In this document: positions 1-9,416 of the stretch, piece after piece
Layout of the letters: every line of letters starts with the position of its first letter
Position numbering within the stretch: position 1 is the stretch's first letter
IMG/VR virus record: IMGVR_UViG_3300028706_000329
Coordinates: 1 to 60,089 of that record
DNA length: 60,089 nt
Strand: one strand, 5' to 3'
Origin: a virus
Taxonomy: Duplodnaviria; Caudoviricetes
The notes under the pieces: model-generated
Database searches by the model: none
The model's input: the letters and a program-made list of their open reading frames with translations, nothing else
What the model was told of the DNA's origin: nothing
Program-made: the position numbers and the translations under genes

Positions 1-38
1 GTTCTTCCATAGTAATAGTGTTTAGTGTTATACGGTAA

Positions 39-69
39 TATTATCACGACCAGACCGTGCACCTAGCGT
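39..69 (-). promoter_or_regulatory. Divergent copy of class A promoter-like motif
   Basis: Plus strand TATTATC-N10-CGTgcacctaGCGT has the same geometry as six copies in the right arm; a minus-strand ATG at 10 reads out of the window. Confidence 0.45.
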
Positions 70-360
70 ACACCTGGGGACACACGACCAGGCAAACACG
101 ATACGATACGATACGATACGATACGAACCCAGCAATAGCAAGACACTAGACCACGTAACCGTACGACCAGACCACACGACCAGATCACACGACCAGATCA
201 CACGATCACGCGGAGCCAGCACCGGCAATGCTTCAAGCAAACACGGGACACGACCAGACCAGGCAAACACCAGACCACACCAGACCACACCATGAAACGA
301 CCCGGACCCAGCAACGTAACACACAGCTATAACACACAGCACACTGCGAGCACACACACG
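46..360. repeat. C/A-rich, T-poor short-repeat block (candidate origin/terminus region)
   Basis: (ATACG)x5 at 101-125; CACACGACCAGAT tandem at 173-198; CACCAGACCA tandem at 268-287; many GACC/GACAC words; much higher GC than the rest of the window. Confidence 0.85.
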
Positions 361-582
361 TAAAAGGCAAATCATTTACACGGAACCAGAGGAAATAGGC
401 CCCCGTGGGGCTAAAAAAAAGCGTTTCCGTAACAGTGCCCGTGTCGTAAAATATATGTATAACCCATAACCTCTATATATCTTACGATATATTTTAAGTA
501 CGACGTTAGCTTATATAAGTATTTAAGTAAGATTCTACTGTCGTATTTTTAAAATTTCGCGCTACTGCGCGATTATATAACT

Positions 583-819
583 ATGAAACAAAAGCTTAGT
601 AAGAAAGCAGCCGCAGCTAAAAGAGTGCGAGACAAGAGGTATGCAATGACTGCAAGGAGAAGATCAATGAAGGCAGAGAACCAACGACTCAGAAGATCAT
701 TTGAAAAGAAACATGGGAAAGGTTCACTCAAGGGTAAAGACTATGACCACAAAAGAAAGAAGTTTGTATCTGTTAAGGTAAACAGGGGAAATGGTGGTAA
801 AGGCACTAAAAAAGAATAA
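583..819 (+). CDS. Small basic protein, possible degenerate HNH-like motif
   Basis: Lys/Arg-rich; DYDH...S..VNR resembles a minimal HNH-type signature. Confidence 0.6.
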   Translation: MKQKLSKKAAAAKRVRDKRYAMTARRRSMKAENQRLRRSFEKKHGKGSLKGKDYDHKRKKFVSVKVNRGNGGKGTKKE

Positions 820-824
820 TAATA

Positions 825-834
825 CGTAATTATA
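825..834 (+). promoter_or_regulatory. Class B promoter-like motif CGTAATTATA
   Basis: Intergenic; CGTAATWATA recurs upstream of genes at 23976, 33438 and 54002(-), with a variant at 568. Confidence 0.5.
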
Positions 835-865
835 CAACGTATAGGATTAAACCTAAAACCAAAAA

Positions 866-1183
866 ATGACACTATATTATAAAACCTATTCTTTAGCACC
901 AGGTGCACAAAGGATATCCGAAGAAACCAGAAAACTTTGGGAGCTAATAGCTAATAAACAGAACTGGAGAATAGTTCAATTACCAAATGGATATTACCAG
1001 GCGGAATACAAAAACCAACCATGTGAATGTGAAACCAAAGATTGTGGCAACTGCCCCTGGGTAGATGTAACAAGAAGAGAAACACTTGACGCATGTGAGA
1101 CGGCTATCGATAAAAGCATAGAACACTACACTAAGAAGTTAGAGTTTGCAGATGGCCCAAAAGTAATAAAGACTTTTAAATAA
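866..1183 (+). CDS. Hypothetical protein
   Basis: 105-aa ORF, A-rich start context, Cys-rich insert CECETKDCGNC. Confidence 0.75.
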   Translation: MTLYYKTYSLAPGAQRISEETRKLWELIANKQNWRIVQLPNGYYQAEYKNQPCECETKDCGNCPWVDVTRRETLDACETAIDKSIEHYTKKLEFADGPKVIKTFK

Positions 1184-1205
1184 TCACTTATATAAATTTA
1201 ATTAA

Positions 1206-2771
1206 ATGGAATTCAATAACCCAAGTGAGATAGTAAAGGATTTAACCTTTAGCACACGTGCTAGAGATAGAATCATGCAAGGTGTAGAGAAATTAGCTAA
1301 TGCAGTTAACTCTACCCTGGGCGCTTCAGGAAAATGTGTTATATATGAAGATGCAATGGGTAGACCCGTTATTACAAAAGACGGTGTTACTGTTGCAGAA
1401 TCTGTAGTTCTTATGAACCCGGTGGAAAATATAGGGGCAACACTAATAAAAGAAGCAGCTAAAAAAACTGTGAGAGAAGCAGGTGACGGTACCACCACCG
1501 CAACCGTCCTTGCTCATTCTCTCCTCCAGGAAATGAATGAAGCTACCGGTGATTACTCAATAAGGGAAATTAAAGATAGTGTAAACAATAGTTTGAAAAA
1601 AGTACTGGAATACTTAGATAGTAAAAGTATAAATATAAAGGGCAAGATGCTGGAAGATGTTGCTTCCATTTCATGTAACAACGACAGAAAGTTGGGATCG
1701 ATAATAGCTGACGCATATAAGTCAGTAGGTGAACACGGTGTCGTATTAATGGAAGAATCAGATACAGAAGAAACGTTCAGCGAAATAGTAGATGGGGTAC
1801 AATTTGATTGTGGTATTAAATCACAGCATTTGGTAACAGATACTGAGAAAAACAAAGCCATACTCGAAAACCCCTACGTCCTTATAGTAGCACAAGCAAT
1901 TCCTAACATACGTAAAATACAAAGTGTATTAGAACACGTAATAAAGGAGAAAAGAAGCCTGTTAATAGTAGCAGGAATGGACCAGCAGCCAATGTCGGCT
2001 CTGCTTATGAATAAGGTAAAAGGTAATATAAAGATTAATATTATTGATACACCTGGTTTTGGAGCGACTAAAATGGACACGATGCAAGACCTAGCTACAA
2101 TAACCGGAGCAAAAGTTATAAATGAAGAGTTAGGTGATGATTTAGATTTAATTAGCCCAGATGTTTTAGGAGAAGCTATTAAGTCAGTAACCGATGCAAC
2201 CTCCACGGTAATAACTGTAGGCGAAATGCCAGAGGATGCTAAAGATAGAATAGCTCTGGTTAATAAAAAAATAAAATCCGAAAAGAACCCGTTTATTAAG
2301 TCTAAGCTTGAACAAAGATTAGCAATGCTTTCAGGAGCAGTTGCAATATTAAAGGTTGGAGCCAATTCAAAAATAGAGTTAAAAGAAAAGAAAGACAGGG
2401 TTGAAGATTCTATATATGCTGTTAAAGCAGCTATTAAAGAAGGGATTGTAGCAGGAGGTGGTGTTGCACTACATAATGCTTCAGATAAATTAAAAGATAA
2501 AAATTCACCCGAGAAAATTCTCTGTGAGGCTATAAAAGCACCATATAAAAAAATCCTTGAAAACGCTGGTATAAATTACGGGCCTAATATGGAAGAGGGC
2601 AACGGTGTAGATGTTGTAACAGGGAAAGTGGGTGATATGATTAAACGAGGAATTATTGATCCTGTATTAGTTACAAAGACTGCATTGATAAATGCGGTGT
2701 CTGTAGCAACAACAATAATGTCAGCTGATTGTGTAATATCGAATGTTAGAGAATATGAAAGCGGTAAATAA
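1206..2771 (+). CDS. groEL: Chaperonin GroEL (Cpn60)
   Basis: ITKDGVTVA, AGDGTTTATVLA, PGFG, EGIVAGGG and GIIDPVLVT motifs; no GGM tail. Confidence 0.98.
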   Translation: MEFNNPSEIVKDLTFSTRARDRIMQGVEKLANAVNSTLGASGKCVIYEDAMGRPVITKDGVTVAESVVLMNPVENIGATLIKEAAKKTVREAGDGTTTATVLAHSLLQEMNEATGDYSIREIKDSVNNSLKKVLEYLDSKSINIKGKMLEDVASISCNNDRKLGSIIADAYKSVGEHGVVLMEESDTEETFSEIVDGVQFDCGIKSQHLVTDTEKNKAILENPYVLIVAQAIPNIRKIQSVLEHVIKEKRSLLIVAGMDQQPMSALLMNKVKGNIKINIIDTPGFGATKMDTMQDLATITGAKVINEELGDDLDLISPDVLGEAIKSVTDATSTVITVGEMPEDAKDRIALVNKKIKSEKNPFIKSKLEQRLAMLSGAVAILKVGANSKIELKEKKDRVEDSIYAVKAAIKEGIVAGGGVALHNASDKLKDKNSPEKILCEAIKAPYKKILENAGINYGPNMEEGNGVDVVTGKVGDMIKRGIIDPVLVTKTALINAVSVATTIMSADCVISNVREYESGK

Positions 2772-3012
2772 TTACATAATAATACAGCCGATAAAAGAAG
2801 AGTCTAAAGAAGAAAAAGGACTTCTTATAATGGATCAGCATGTAGATGACATTAGATATTTAAAAGGCAAGGTAATATCTGTGGGTAATTTTACAGAAGG
2901 CGTAAAAGAGAATGATACAATATATTATGATAGACGCGCTGGACACGGAATAGAATACGACGATAACTTATATCAAGTTATAAAGCAACAAGATGTTGTG
3001 TTAGTCGGTTAA
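2755..3012 (+). CDS. groES: Co-chaperonin GroES (Cpn10)
   Basis: MKAVNNYIII...GLLI...KGKVISVG...VKENDTIYY pattern; overlaps the groEL end; ATG 2755 preferred. Confidence 0.9.
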   Translation: MKAVNNYIIIQPIKEESKEEKGLLIMDQHVDDIRYLKGKVISVGNFTEGVKENDTIYYDRRAGHGIEYDDNLYQVIKQQDVVLVG

Positions 3013-3103
3013 TACCAAAGACCAAAGTCCATAAACTAAAAACCAAAAACGATTACTGAAATACTAATCAAACACATTTGTTTAACTTTATAAATTAAAA
3101 ATC

Positions 3104-3454
3104 ATGGCTTTAAATAATCAAGAACACTTTTTAGTATTTATTGATGCAGCAGATGACGCGGGTATGTTTCCAGTAAGCAAAATCCAGTCAATTACTTGTG
3201 CAGGCGACGCGGCTGTACTTGTAAAATTTGCTCCAGGAAGTTTAGGTGATGGTCAAGCTGCTTCTGTAGATGTTGTAACATTAACTGTTACTGCTGATAC
3301 TGAAAAAACAGTAATGATCGCGCTTGCTGATGCAATCAACAACGCAACTAAATATCCTAAAAACACTAAAAATTATACAGTAGTAGCTGATGACGTAAAC
3401 AGTATTTATGCTAATTCTAACATAACTGCTTGTGCTATCGCATTAGACGCTTAA
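3104..3454 (+). CDS. Hypothetical, possibly virion protein
   Basis: 116-aa Ala/Val/Thr-rich ORF followed by a terminator. Confidence 0.75.
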   Translation: MALNNQEHFLVFIDAADDAGMFPVSKIQSITCAGDAAVLVKFAPGSLGDGQAASVDVVTLTVTADTEKTVMIALADAINNATKYPKNTKNYTVVADDVNSIYANSNITACAIALDA

Positions 3455-3462
3455 TAATAACT

Positions 3463-3508
3463 AAGATCATACACGGGCTCACGAGTTGGGCCTGTAGATC
3501 TTTTTTTT
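3463..3508 (+). terminator. Rho-independent terminator
   Basis: Imperfect stem AAGATC..TACA.GGGCTC / GGGCC.TGTA.GATCTT followed by a T8 run. Confidence 0.7.
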
Positions 3509-3949
3509 ATGGAATTAAATGCGGCGGAGATCCGCAACTTAAATTTATTTAAATATTATAGAGTAGTTAGAAAGTGGGCATGTAAGCAAAATGGCTTAAC
3601 AGATGCCGATTTAGAATTACTTATATATCTTGATTGCAAAGTTAGATTTACACGTAATGATTTTATTAATGGTGTATATACTATGTCATGGGATAAAGCT
3701 AGGTGGGAAAGATTAAGAAATGAGGGGTGGATAGATGTATGGAGACACCGAAACAGGACTACAATTAAATACAGCATTTATAATACTTCATATAAATGTA
3801 AAAGATTAATAACACGTATATATAATATTTTATTAGGTAATGAGGACATACCTATATCTGAGCAAAATGTATTTTACAAAAACAAATCATATACAGATAA
3901 AGTTTTTAATAAAGCGATTGATGATATGTTAAAAGATTCAGAAAGATAA
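3509..3949 (+). CDS. Hypothetical, possible winged-helix DNA-binding protein
   Basis: GLTDADLELLIYL...RLRNEGWI resembles a MarR-like wHTH. Confidence 0.65.
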   Translation: MELNAAEIRNLNLFKYYRVVRKWACKQNGLTDADLELLIYLDCKVRFTRNDFINGVYTMSWDKARWERLRNEGWIDVWRHRNRTTIKYSIYNTSYKCKRLITRIYNILLGNEDIPISEQNVFYKNKSYTDKVFNKAIDDMLKDSER

Positions 3950-3967
3950 ATTTAAAAAAATAATATT

Positions 3968-4066
3968 ATGCCGAAACTAGGAAAGAAAAAATATGCTTAT
4001 ACACCAAAAGGTAGGGCTGCTTTTAAAAAAGCAAAAGCAAAAAAATCTAAAAAAAGAGGAGGATAA
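3968..4066 (+). CDS. 32-aa highly basic peptide (not in ORF track)
   Basis: MPKLGKKKYAYTPKGRAAFKKAKAKKSKKRGG*; fills the intergenic gap. Confidence 0.65.
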   Translation: MPKLGKKKYAYTPKGRAAFKKAKAKKSKKRGG

Positions 4067-4102
4067 TAAAGATAAAAAAAATAACACATTAATTTATAAA
4101 CA

Positions 4103-4396
4103 ATGGCGGAACTTGACCTAGACAAGATCAAAAAACAAAAATTCAATATCAGCATAGAAAACTTAGTCACCATAGGCGCTGTGGTAGTTACAGTGGTTGG
4201 TATGTGGTACTCACTACAAGCTGATATACAACTGGCAAAGGAATTACCGGAACCCCCAGTTTCAAGAACCGAGTATGACCTAAAAGATCAGTTAATTCGA
4301 GAAACTATTATATCTACTGAAGAAAAAGTAGATGCTAATTCAGAAAAGCTTGATAAGATTGATGAAAAGCTTTACGAAATAATTAAAAATAAATAA
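4103..4396 (+). CDS. Single-TM protein with C-terminal coiled coil
   Basis: LVTIGAVVVTVVGMWY hydrophobic segment, then heptad-like tail. Confidence 0.7.
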   Translation: MAELDLDKIKKQKFNISIENLVTIGAVVVTVVGMWYSLQADIQLAKELPEPPVSRTEYDLKDQLIRETIISTEEKVDANSEKLDKIDEKLYEIIKNK

Positions 4397-4397
4397 A

Positions 4398-4712
4398 ATG
4401 AAAAAATTTGTTACTTTTCTATTTTTATTGTTTAGTTTTTTTTGTTATTCACAAGATATATCAGTTGTACATTTCAATTACAAATGGAACCAACATAATG
4501 ATTTTAAACAATTAGCAAGTATAAAAAGAGCAAAAGTATCAAAAGCATTTGTTGAAGACCAACCGGCTAATTTTAAATCTAGTTTTAAAGTTGTCCCTGT
4601 TATAATTATTTTTAAAAACGGGAAACCCATAACGAGGGTTGAAGCAGATTTAAGCATGAAAATAAAAACAAGACTTGAAGATATACAAGAACTTGTGGAT
4701 AGATACCAATAA
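4398..4712 (+). CDS. Secreted thioredoxin-fold-like protein without CxxC
   Basis: Signal peptide; VVHFNYKWN...VVPVIIIFKNGKPITR resembles thioredoxin strands with a cis-Pro. Confidence 0.6.
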   Translation: MKKFVTFLFLLFSFFCYSQDISVVHFNYKWNQHNDFKQLASIKRAKVSKAFVEDQPANFKSSFKVVPVIIIFKNGKPITRVEADLSMKIKTRLEDIQELVDRYQ

Positions 4713-4713
4713 T

Positions 4714-4875
4714 ATGAAATCAAAAGGATTAGGTGATTCAATAGAAAAAATCACAAAAGTAACAGGTGTTAAAACAATGGTAGATGTAATCTCAAAAGGA
4801 TTAAATGTACCTTGTGGTTGTGAGGGAAGACATAACACCTTAAATACAATATTCCCATATAAAAATAAAAAATAA
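4714..4875 (+). CDS. Small hypothetical protein (GLGD...CGC)
   Basis: MKSKGLGDSIEKITKVTG...PCGCEGR; ATG 4714 follows the upstream stop. Confidence 0.7.
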   Translation: MKSKGLGDSIEKITKVTGVKTMVDVISKGLNVPCGCEGRHNTLNTIFPYKNKK

Positions 4876-5159
4876 TGACAATACTATTTATAATAGCAAT
4901 AATTGAAGCATTAGTTATAGTGTATTTAGTTATGCTACATTCAGGAAAAATTAAAGATGCTGATGGCGATTTTATTGCTGATTCAGTAGAAGCAAAAGTT
5001 GAAGAAATTCAAGTTAATGCTGTAAATAAATTAAACAGATTAAAAGCTGAATTAAAAGATATAGCTACTTCTATAAAAGAGGTTGGTAATCAATTAGAAG
5101 ATTTACCAAAATCACTTAAAGGCAAAAGAGCCGGAAGAAAAGCAAATGTCAAAAAATAA
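4875..5159 (+). CDS. N-terminal TM + coiled-coil protein (possible lysis accessory)
   Basis: Hydrophobic N-terminus, amphipathic helix; adjacent to the holin. Confidence 0.65.
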   Translation: MTILFIIAIIEALVIVYLVMLHSGKIKDADGDFIADSVEAKVEEIQVNAVNKLNRLKAELKDIATSIKEVGNQLEDLPKSLKGKRAGRKANVKK

Positions 5160-5604
5160 AAAGAAATTAAAAGACACAGCGGTTGGTAAATTTTTAGCAG
5201 GTGCTGGATCTAATATAATCGGTAGTCTCGGTGAAGTTTTGCCAGATAAAGGTGTACTTGGCTTAGTTAAAAATTTAATTAAGAAAGATCCCACACTACC
5301 AGCTGAAGACAAGGAAAAAGCATTAGCCCTGCTGCATCAAGATACTGTAGAAATGCAAGAAGTATCAAAAAGATGGCAGGCGGATATGAGATCTGATTCC
5401 TGGCTTTCAAAAAATACAAGGCCATTAACATTAGTTTTCTTAACTATTTCAATGGTCTTATTAATATTTATAGACTCAACCGGTTTAGACTTTGAAGTTG
5501 ACGGCGGCTGGGTTGATCTTTTAAAATCACTTCTTATTACAGTATACGTAGCATATTTTGGATCGCGTGGTGCTGAGAAGTTCAAAACAATACAAAACAA
5601 ATAA
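5146..5604 (+). CDS. Holin (3TM/GTA-holin-like family)
   Basis: RWQADM.SDSWLSKN.RP, TM segments, YFGSRG.EK ending. Confidence 0.8.
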   Translation: MSKNKKKLKDTAVGKFLAGAGSNIIGSLGEVLPDKGVLGLVKNLIKKDPTLPAEDKEKALALLHQDTVEMQEVSKRWQADMRSDSWLSKNTRPLTLVFLTISMVLLIFIDSTGLDFEVDGGWVDLLKSLLITVYVAYFGSRGAEKFKTIQNK

Positions 5605-5607
5605 ACA

Positions 5608-8600
5608 ATGCCTAAAATTTCTACTTATTCGCTAGATACTACTATAACTGATAACGATAGTTTATTAGGAGTTAATGCAGCAGACGGTACAACAAAGAGG
5701 TACTCAATGTCTGGTATAAAAGCTGCTCTTCTTGAGGGAGCTGATATAACTGCTGTGATTGCGGGTACGGGATTATCAGGTGGTGCGACATCAGGGGCAG
5801 CAACTCTTACAATAGACAGTACAGTTGTAACATTAACCGGTACACAAACACTTACTAATAAAACTCTTACAACACCTGTAATTTCAACAATATCAAATTC
5901 AGGTACAATTACTTTGCCAACATCGTCAGACACTTTAGTGGGTAGAGCAACAACTGATACCTTAACAAACAAAACATTAACATCGCCTAGTATTGCAACT
6001 CCTACTTGGACTGCAACAGAAAGCGCTATAGCTAATGGTGATTATTTGCTTTTCTTAGATGCATCGGCTTCTTCTGAAACTAAAAAAGATGCATTAGCTG
6101 ATATAGCTACATTATTCGCAGGAACAGGATTAACGGCGTCTAATTCAGTTATAGGTATAGACGCATCACAAACACAAATTACAGGTGTTGGTACAATTAC
6201 TACAGGTACTTGGCAAGCTAGTCTAGTAGGAATAGATTATGGTGGTACTGGATTAAGTGGAGAAACTGATGGTTATATAGTAATTGCTGATGGCAGCGGA
6301 AGCGCTACTCACTTAGATGTTGGTTCAAGTACTGGTATTACAATACTTGGTACTATTGCAACGGGTGTATGGCAAGGTACTGCTATTGATACAGCATACA
6401 TAGACACTACATTAACCTCACAAACATCTATATTAAATTCAAGTCTTGTCGTAGGATATGGTTCCTCACATGCAAATATAGATTTTAGTACTGATAATAG
6501 TATAATTTTTGATATTGATGGAACATCACAAATACAATTAGATGACGGGGTTTTAAAACCAACTACAGATAGTGATGTTGATTTAGGAACTTCTAGTTTA
6601 TACTTTAAAGATTCATATATAGATACTGTTACTACAACAGGTAATGTTACAGTAGGTGGAAATTTATCAATAACAGGTGATTTAACAGTATCAGGGGATA
6701 CAACTACTGTAAATACAGCAACACTAAGCGTGGAAGATCCGCTTATAATTGTAGGAAGTGGTAATAATTCTTCAGATGCTGTGGATTTAGGATTATATGG
6801 ATTATATGATACATCTGGTTCACAGGATTTATATGCAGGATTATTTAGAGATGCAAGTGATAGTGGTAAATGGAAATTATTTAAAAGTCTGCAAGCTGCA
6901 CCAACTACAACTGTAAATACAAGTGGTACAGGATATGCAGTAGATACTTTAGTAGCAAATATAGAGGGTAATGTAACGGGTAACGTAACAGGCAATACAT
7001 CTGGTACTGCGGCTACGGTAACTACTGCAGCACAAACTAACATTACTTCACTTGGGACATTAACCGGATTAGATGTTAATGGTGCAGTTACTATTAATGA
7101 TAATCTTTCGTTAGATGGATCAAATAAAGAATTAAGATTTTATGAAGCAGCTAACTATGTTGGATTCGAAGCTCCGGCTTTATCAGCAGATCAAATATGG
7201 GTATTACCTTCAGCTGATGGTTCAAGTGGTACTGCACTTAAGACAGACGGTTCTGGAAACTTAAGTTGGGGGACCGCGGGTGGAGATGTATTTAAAACAA
7301 TATCAGTATCGGGACAATCTGATGTAGTAGCAGATGGAGTAGCAGATACGTTAACACTTGTAGCAGGAACAGGAACAACTATAACTACTAACGCAAGTAC
7401 TGACACAATAACAATAAATGCCGGGGCTAATACAGTTGAAGTAGATGAATATACTGGGAACGGGAGTACAACGGCTTATACATTAAGTACAACTTGTACT
7501 AGTGAAAATAATTTACTTGTATATATGGATGGTGTTTTTCAACATCACAATACATATGCGGTATCAGGAACTACATTGACTTTTGATACTAATGTGCCAA
7601 ATGGCTCTAAAGTTGAAGCATATCATATGATAAGCGTTAGTAATAGTGATATGGTACAAGCAGCAGTAGCTGGAACATTAATGGATGTTAGTGGAGCTAC
7701 AGGAAGTGTAACATTTAATGTAGATTTAACAGAGGCAGGAGAAGCAACAATTGCAAATGGAGATTATATCTTATTCTTAGATGGAGGAGCAACAGGAACA
7801 CATGCTAAAGAAGCTATTGCAGATGTTGCGACATTATTCGCTGGTACAGGATTAACAGCATCAAGCTCTGTTATTAATATAGATGCAGCACAAACAGGTA
7901 TTACTTCATTATTAGCTACAGATATTAAAATAGGAGAAGATGACCAGACTAAGATTGATTTCGAAACAGCTGATACTATAAACTTCTATGCTGGAAATGA
8001 AAAGCAATTGATATTAACCGATGGAGCACTTACTCCTGGAACAAACGCAATAGTTGATTTAGGAACTGATGCTTTAGAATTTAAAGACGCATATTTTGAT
8101 GGAACCGTAGAGGCTGATGCAATTACAATAGGCGGTACTGCTTTAAATACAGTTATTGCGGGAGTAACAGTATCAAATGCAACTTTAGCAGCAACAGCAA
8201 CAGTAACCGATTCAACTGCAAATACAGACTTTCCTGTAGTATTTCATAATGAATCAAATGGTTTATTAGATGATACAGCAGCTTTTGAATATAATCCTAG
8301 TACTGGTACACTTATAGTTGCTAACTTAGATATTGGTACTGATGTAGATGTTGATGGAACACTTGAAGCAGATGCAATTACAGTAGGCGGAACAAATATA
8401 GTAAGTGGTAGTTTAATAACTACATTAGGTACAATTAGTGCAGGGGTTTGGAATGGAACAGTTATTGCTTCAGCTTATCTTGATTCAGATACAGCTCATT
8501 TAAGTGGTACGCAAACATTCAGTGGAGCTAAAACATTTTCAGCAGATGTTGCATTTTCAGGAGATACAGCAACATTTAGTTCTGCTAATTCAACAGACCC

Positions 8601-9402
8601 ATTAGTAGTTATCAAGAATACAACAAACGACGCTAACGGATCTCGTTTACATTTTATAAAAGATAAAGGCGCAGCAGGAGCGGATGGGGATGATATTGGA
8701 ACTATTGAGTTTATTTCTGATGACGCTGGTCAAGCTCAAACTAGTTTTGCAAAGATAGTAGCAGAAGTTTCCGAAGCAGATAATACAGACGAAGCAGGTA
8801 AACTATCATTCTATGTAGCAGAAAGCGATGGCACAACTACGGCATTGACCGCTGGTCTTGTACTAGAAGGAGAGCATGCAACAGATGGGGAAGTAGACGT
8901 TACTATAGGAGCTGGTGCAGCATCAACAACATCTATTGCAGGTAATGTTTATGCAGCTGGTGGTAAATTTGGAATCGATACAGGAGATTATATGCAATTT
9001 ACTGCAAATACACAAACAGATTTTTATGTAAATGGTAATAATGAAATGAGATTAGAAGCAGATGGAGATTTACATGTTGATGGTGATGTTGTTGGATATT
9101 CTACAACAATTGGTTCTGATGAAAAAATTAAAACAAATATATCTCCTATAGAAGGAGCTATTGATAAATTAAAACAAATAAATGGTGTAACATTTAATTA
9201 TAAAAGGAATAACAAACCTTCTGGGGGTGTTATTGCTCAAAATATAGAAAAAGTTATGCCATCATTAGTTGGAGAGCAAGAAACTTTAGATGGGAAAGAT
9301 ACTTTTAAAACAGTTGATTATAATGGTATTATTGGACTTCTTATAGAATCTGTCAAAGAACTTGAAGAAAGACTTAATAGATGTGAGTGTAATAAAAATT
9401 AA
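5608..9402 (+). CDS. Long tail fibre with C-terminal intramolecular chaperone (Peptidase S74-like)
   Basis: Thr/Gly/Ala-rich repeats (TQTLTNKTLT, GTI.TG.WQG); C-terminal SDEKIKTNI...GVIAQ..E...VDYNGIIGLLIE. Confidence 0.9.
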   Translation: MPKISTYSLDTTITDNDSLLGVNAADGTTKRYSMSGIKAALLEGADITAVIAGTGLSGGATSGAATLTIDSTVVTLTGTQTLTNKTLTTPVISTISNSGTITLPTSSDTLVGRATTDTLTNKTLTSPSIATPTWTATESAIANGDYLLFLDASASSETKKDALADIATLFAGTGLTASNSVIGIDASQTQITGVGTITTGTWQASLVGIDYGGTGLSGETDGYIVIADGSGSATHLDVGSSTGITILGTIATGVWQGTAIDTAYIDTTLTSQTSILNSSLVVGYGSSHANIDFSTDNSIIFDIDGTSQIQLDDGVLKPTTDSDVDLGTSSLYFKDSYIDTVTTTGNVTVGGNLSITGDLTVSGDTTTVNTATLSVEDPLIIVGSGNNSSDAVDLGLYGLYDTSGSQDLYAGLFRDASDSGKWKLFKSLQAAPTTTVNTSGTGYAVDTLVANIEGNVTGNVTGNTSGTAATVTTAAQTNITSLGTLTGLDVNGAVTINDNLSLDGSNKELRFYEAANYVGFEAPALSADQIWVLPSADGSSGTALKTDGSGNLSWGTAGGDVFKTISVSGQSDVVADGVADTLTLVAGTGTTITTNASTDTITINAGANTVEVDEYTGNGSTTAYTLSTTCTSENNLLVYMDGVFQHHNTYAVSGTTLTFDTNVPNGSKVEAYHMISVSNSDMVQAAVAGTLMDVSGATGSVTFNVDLTEAGEATIANGDYILFLDGGATGTHAKEAIADVATLFAGTGLTASSSVINIDAAQTGITSLLATDIKIGEDDQTKIDFETADTINFYAGNEKQLILTDGALTPGTNAIVDLGTDALEFKDAYFDGTVEADAITIGGTALNTVIAGVTVSNATLAATATVTDSTANTDFPVVFHNESNGLLDDTAAFEYNPSTGTLIVANLDIGTDVDVDGTLEADAITVGGTNIVSGSLITTLGTISAGVWNGTVIASAYLDSDTAHLSGTQTFSGAKTFSADVAFSGDTATFSSANSTDPLVVIKNTTNDANGSRLHFIKDKGAAGADGDDIGTIEFISDDAGQAQTSFAKIVAEVSEADNTDEAGKLSFYVAESDGTTTALTAGLVLEGEHATDGEVDVTIGAGAASTTSIAGNVYAAGGKFGIDTGDYMQFTANTQTDFYVNGNNEMRLEADGDLHVDGDVVGYSTTIGSDEKIKTNISPIEGAIDKLKQINGVTFNYKRNNKPSGGVIAQNIEKVMPSLVGEQETLDGKDTFKTVDYNGIIGLLIESVKELEERLNRCECNKN

Positions 9403-9416
9403 TAAATTTATAAACT

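Noticed and set aside
46-360. Possible CRISPR array or telomere-like repeat
   Set aside because: No constant 25-45 nt repeat with unique spacers and no cas genes; the units are short and irregular.
28-375. 115-aa minus-strand ORF
   Set aside because: It is the translation of the low-complexity repeat block (repeating WSG, VWS, YRIVS); composition is unlike the real genes.
1202-2365. Antisense ORFs inside groEL (and similar shadow ORFs across fibre, TerL, capsid, giant-protein and nrdA genes)
   Set aside because: Fully nested in well-supported genes; explained by codon bias.
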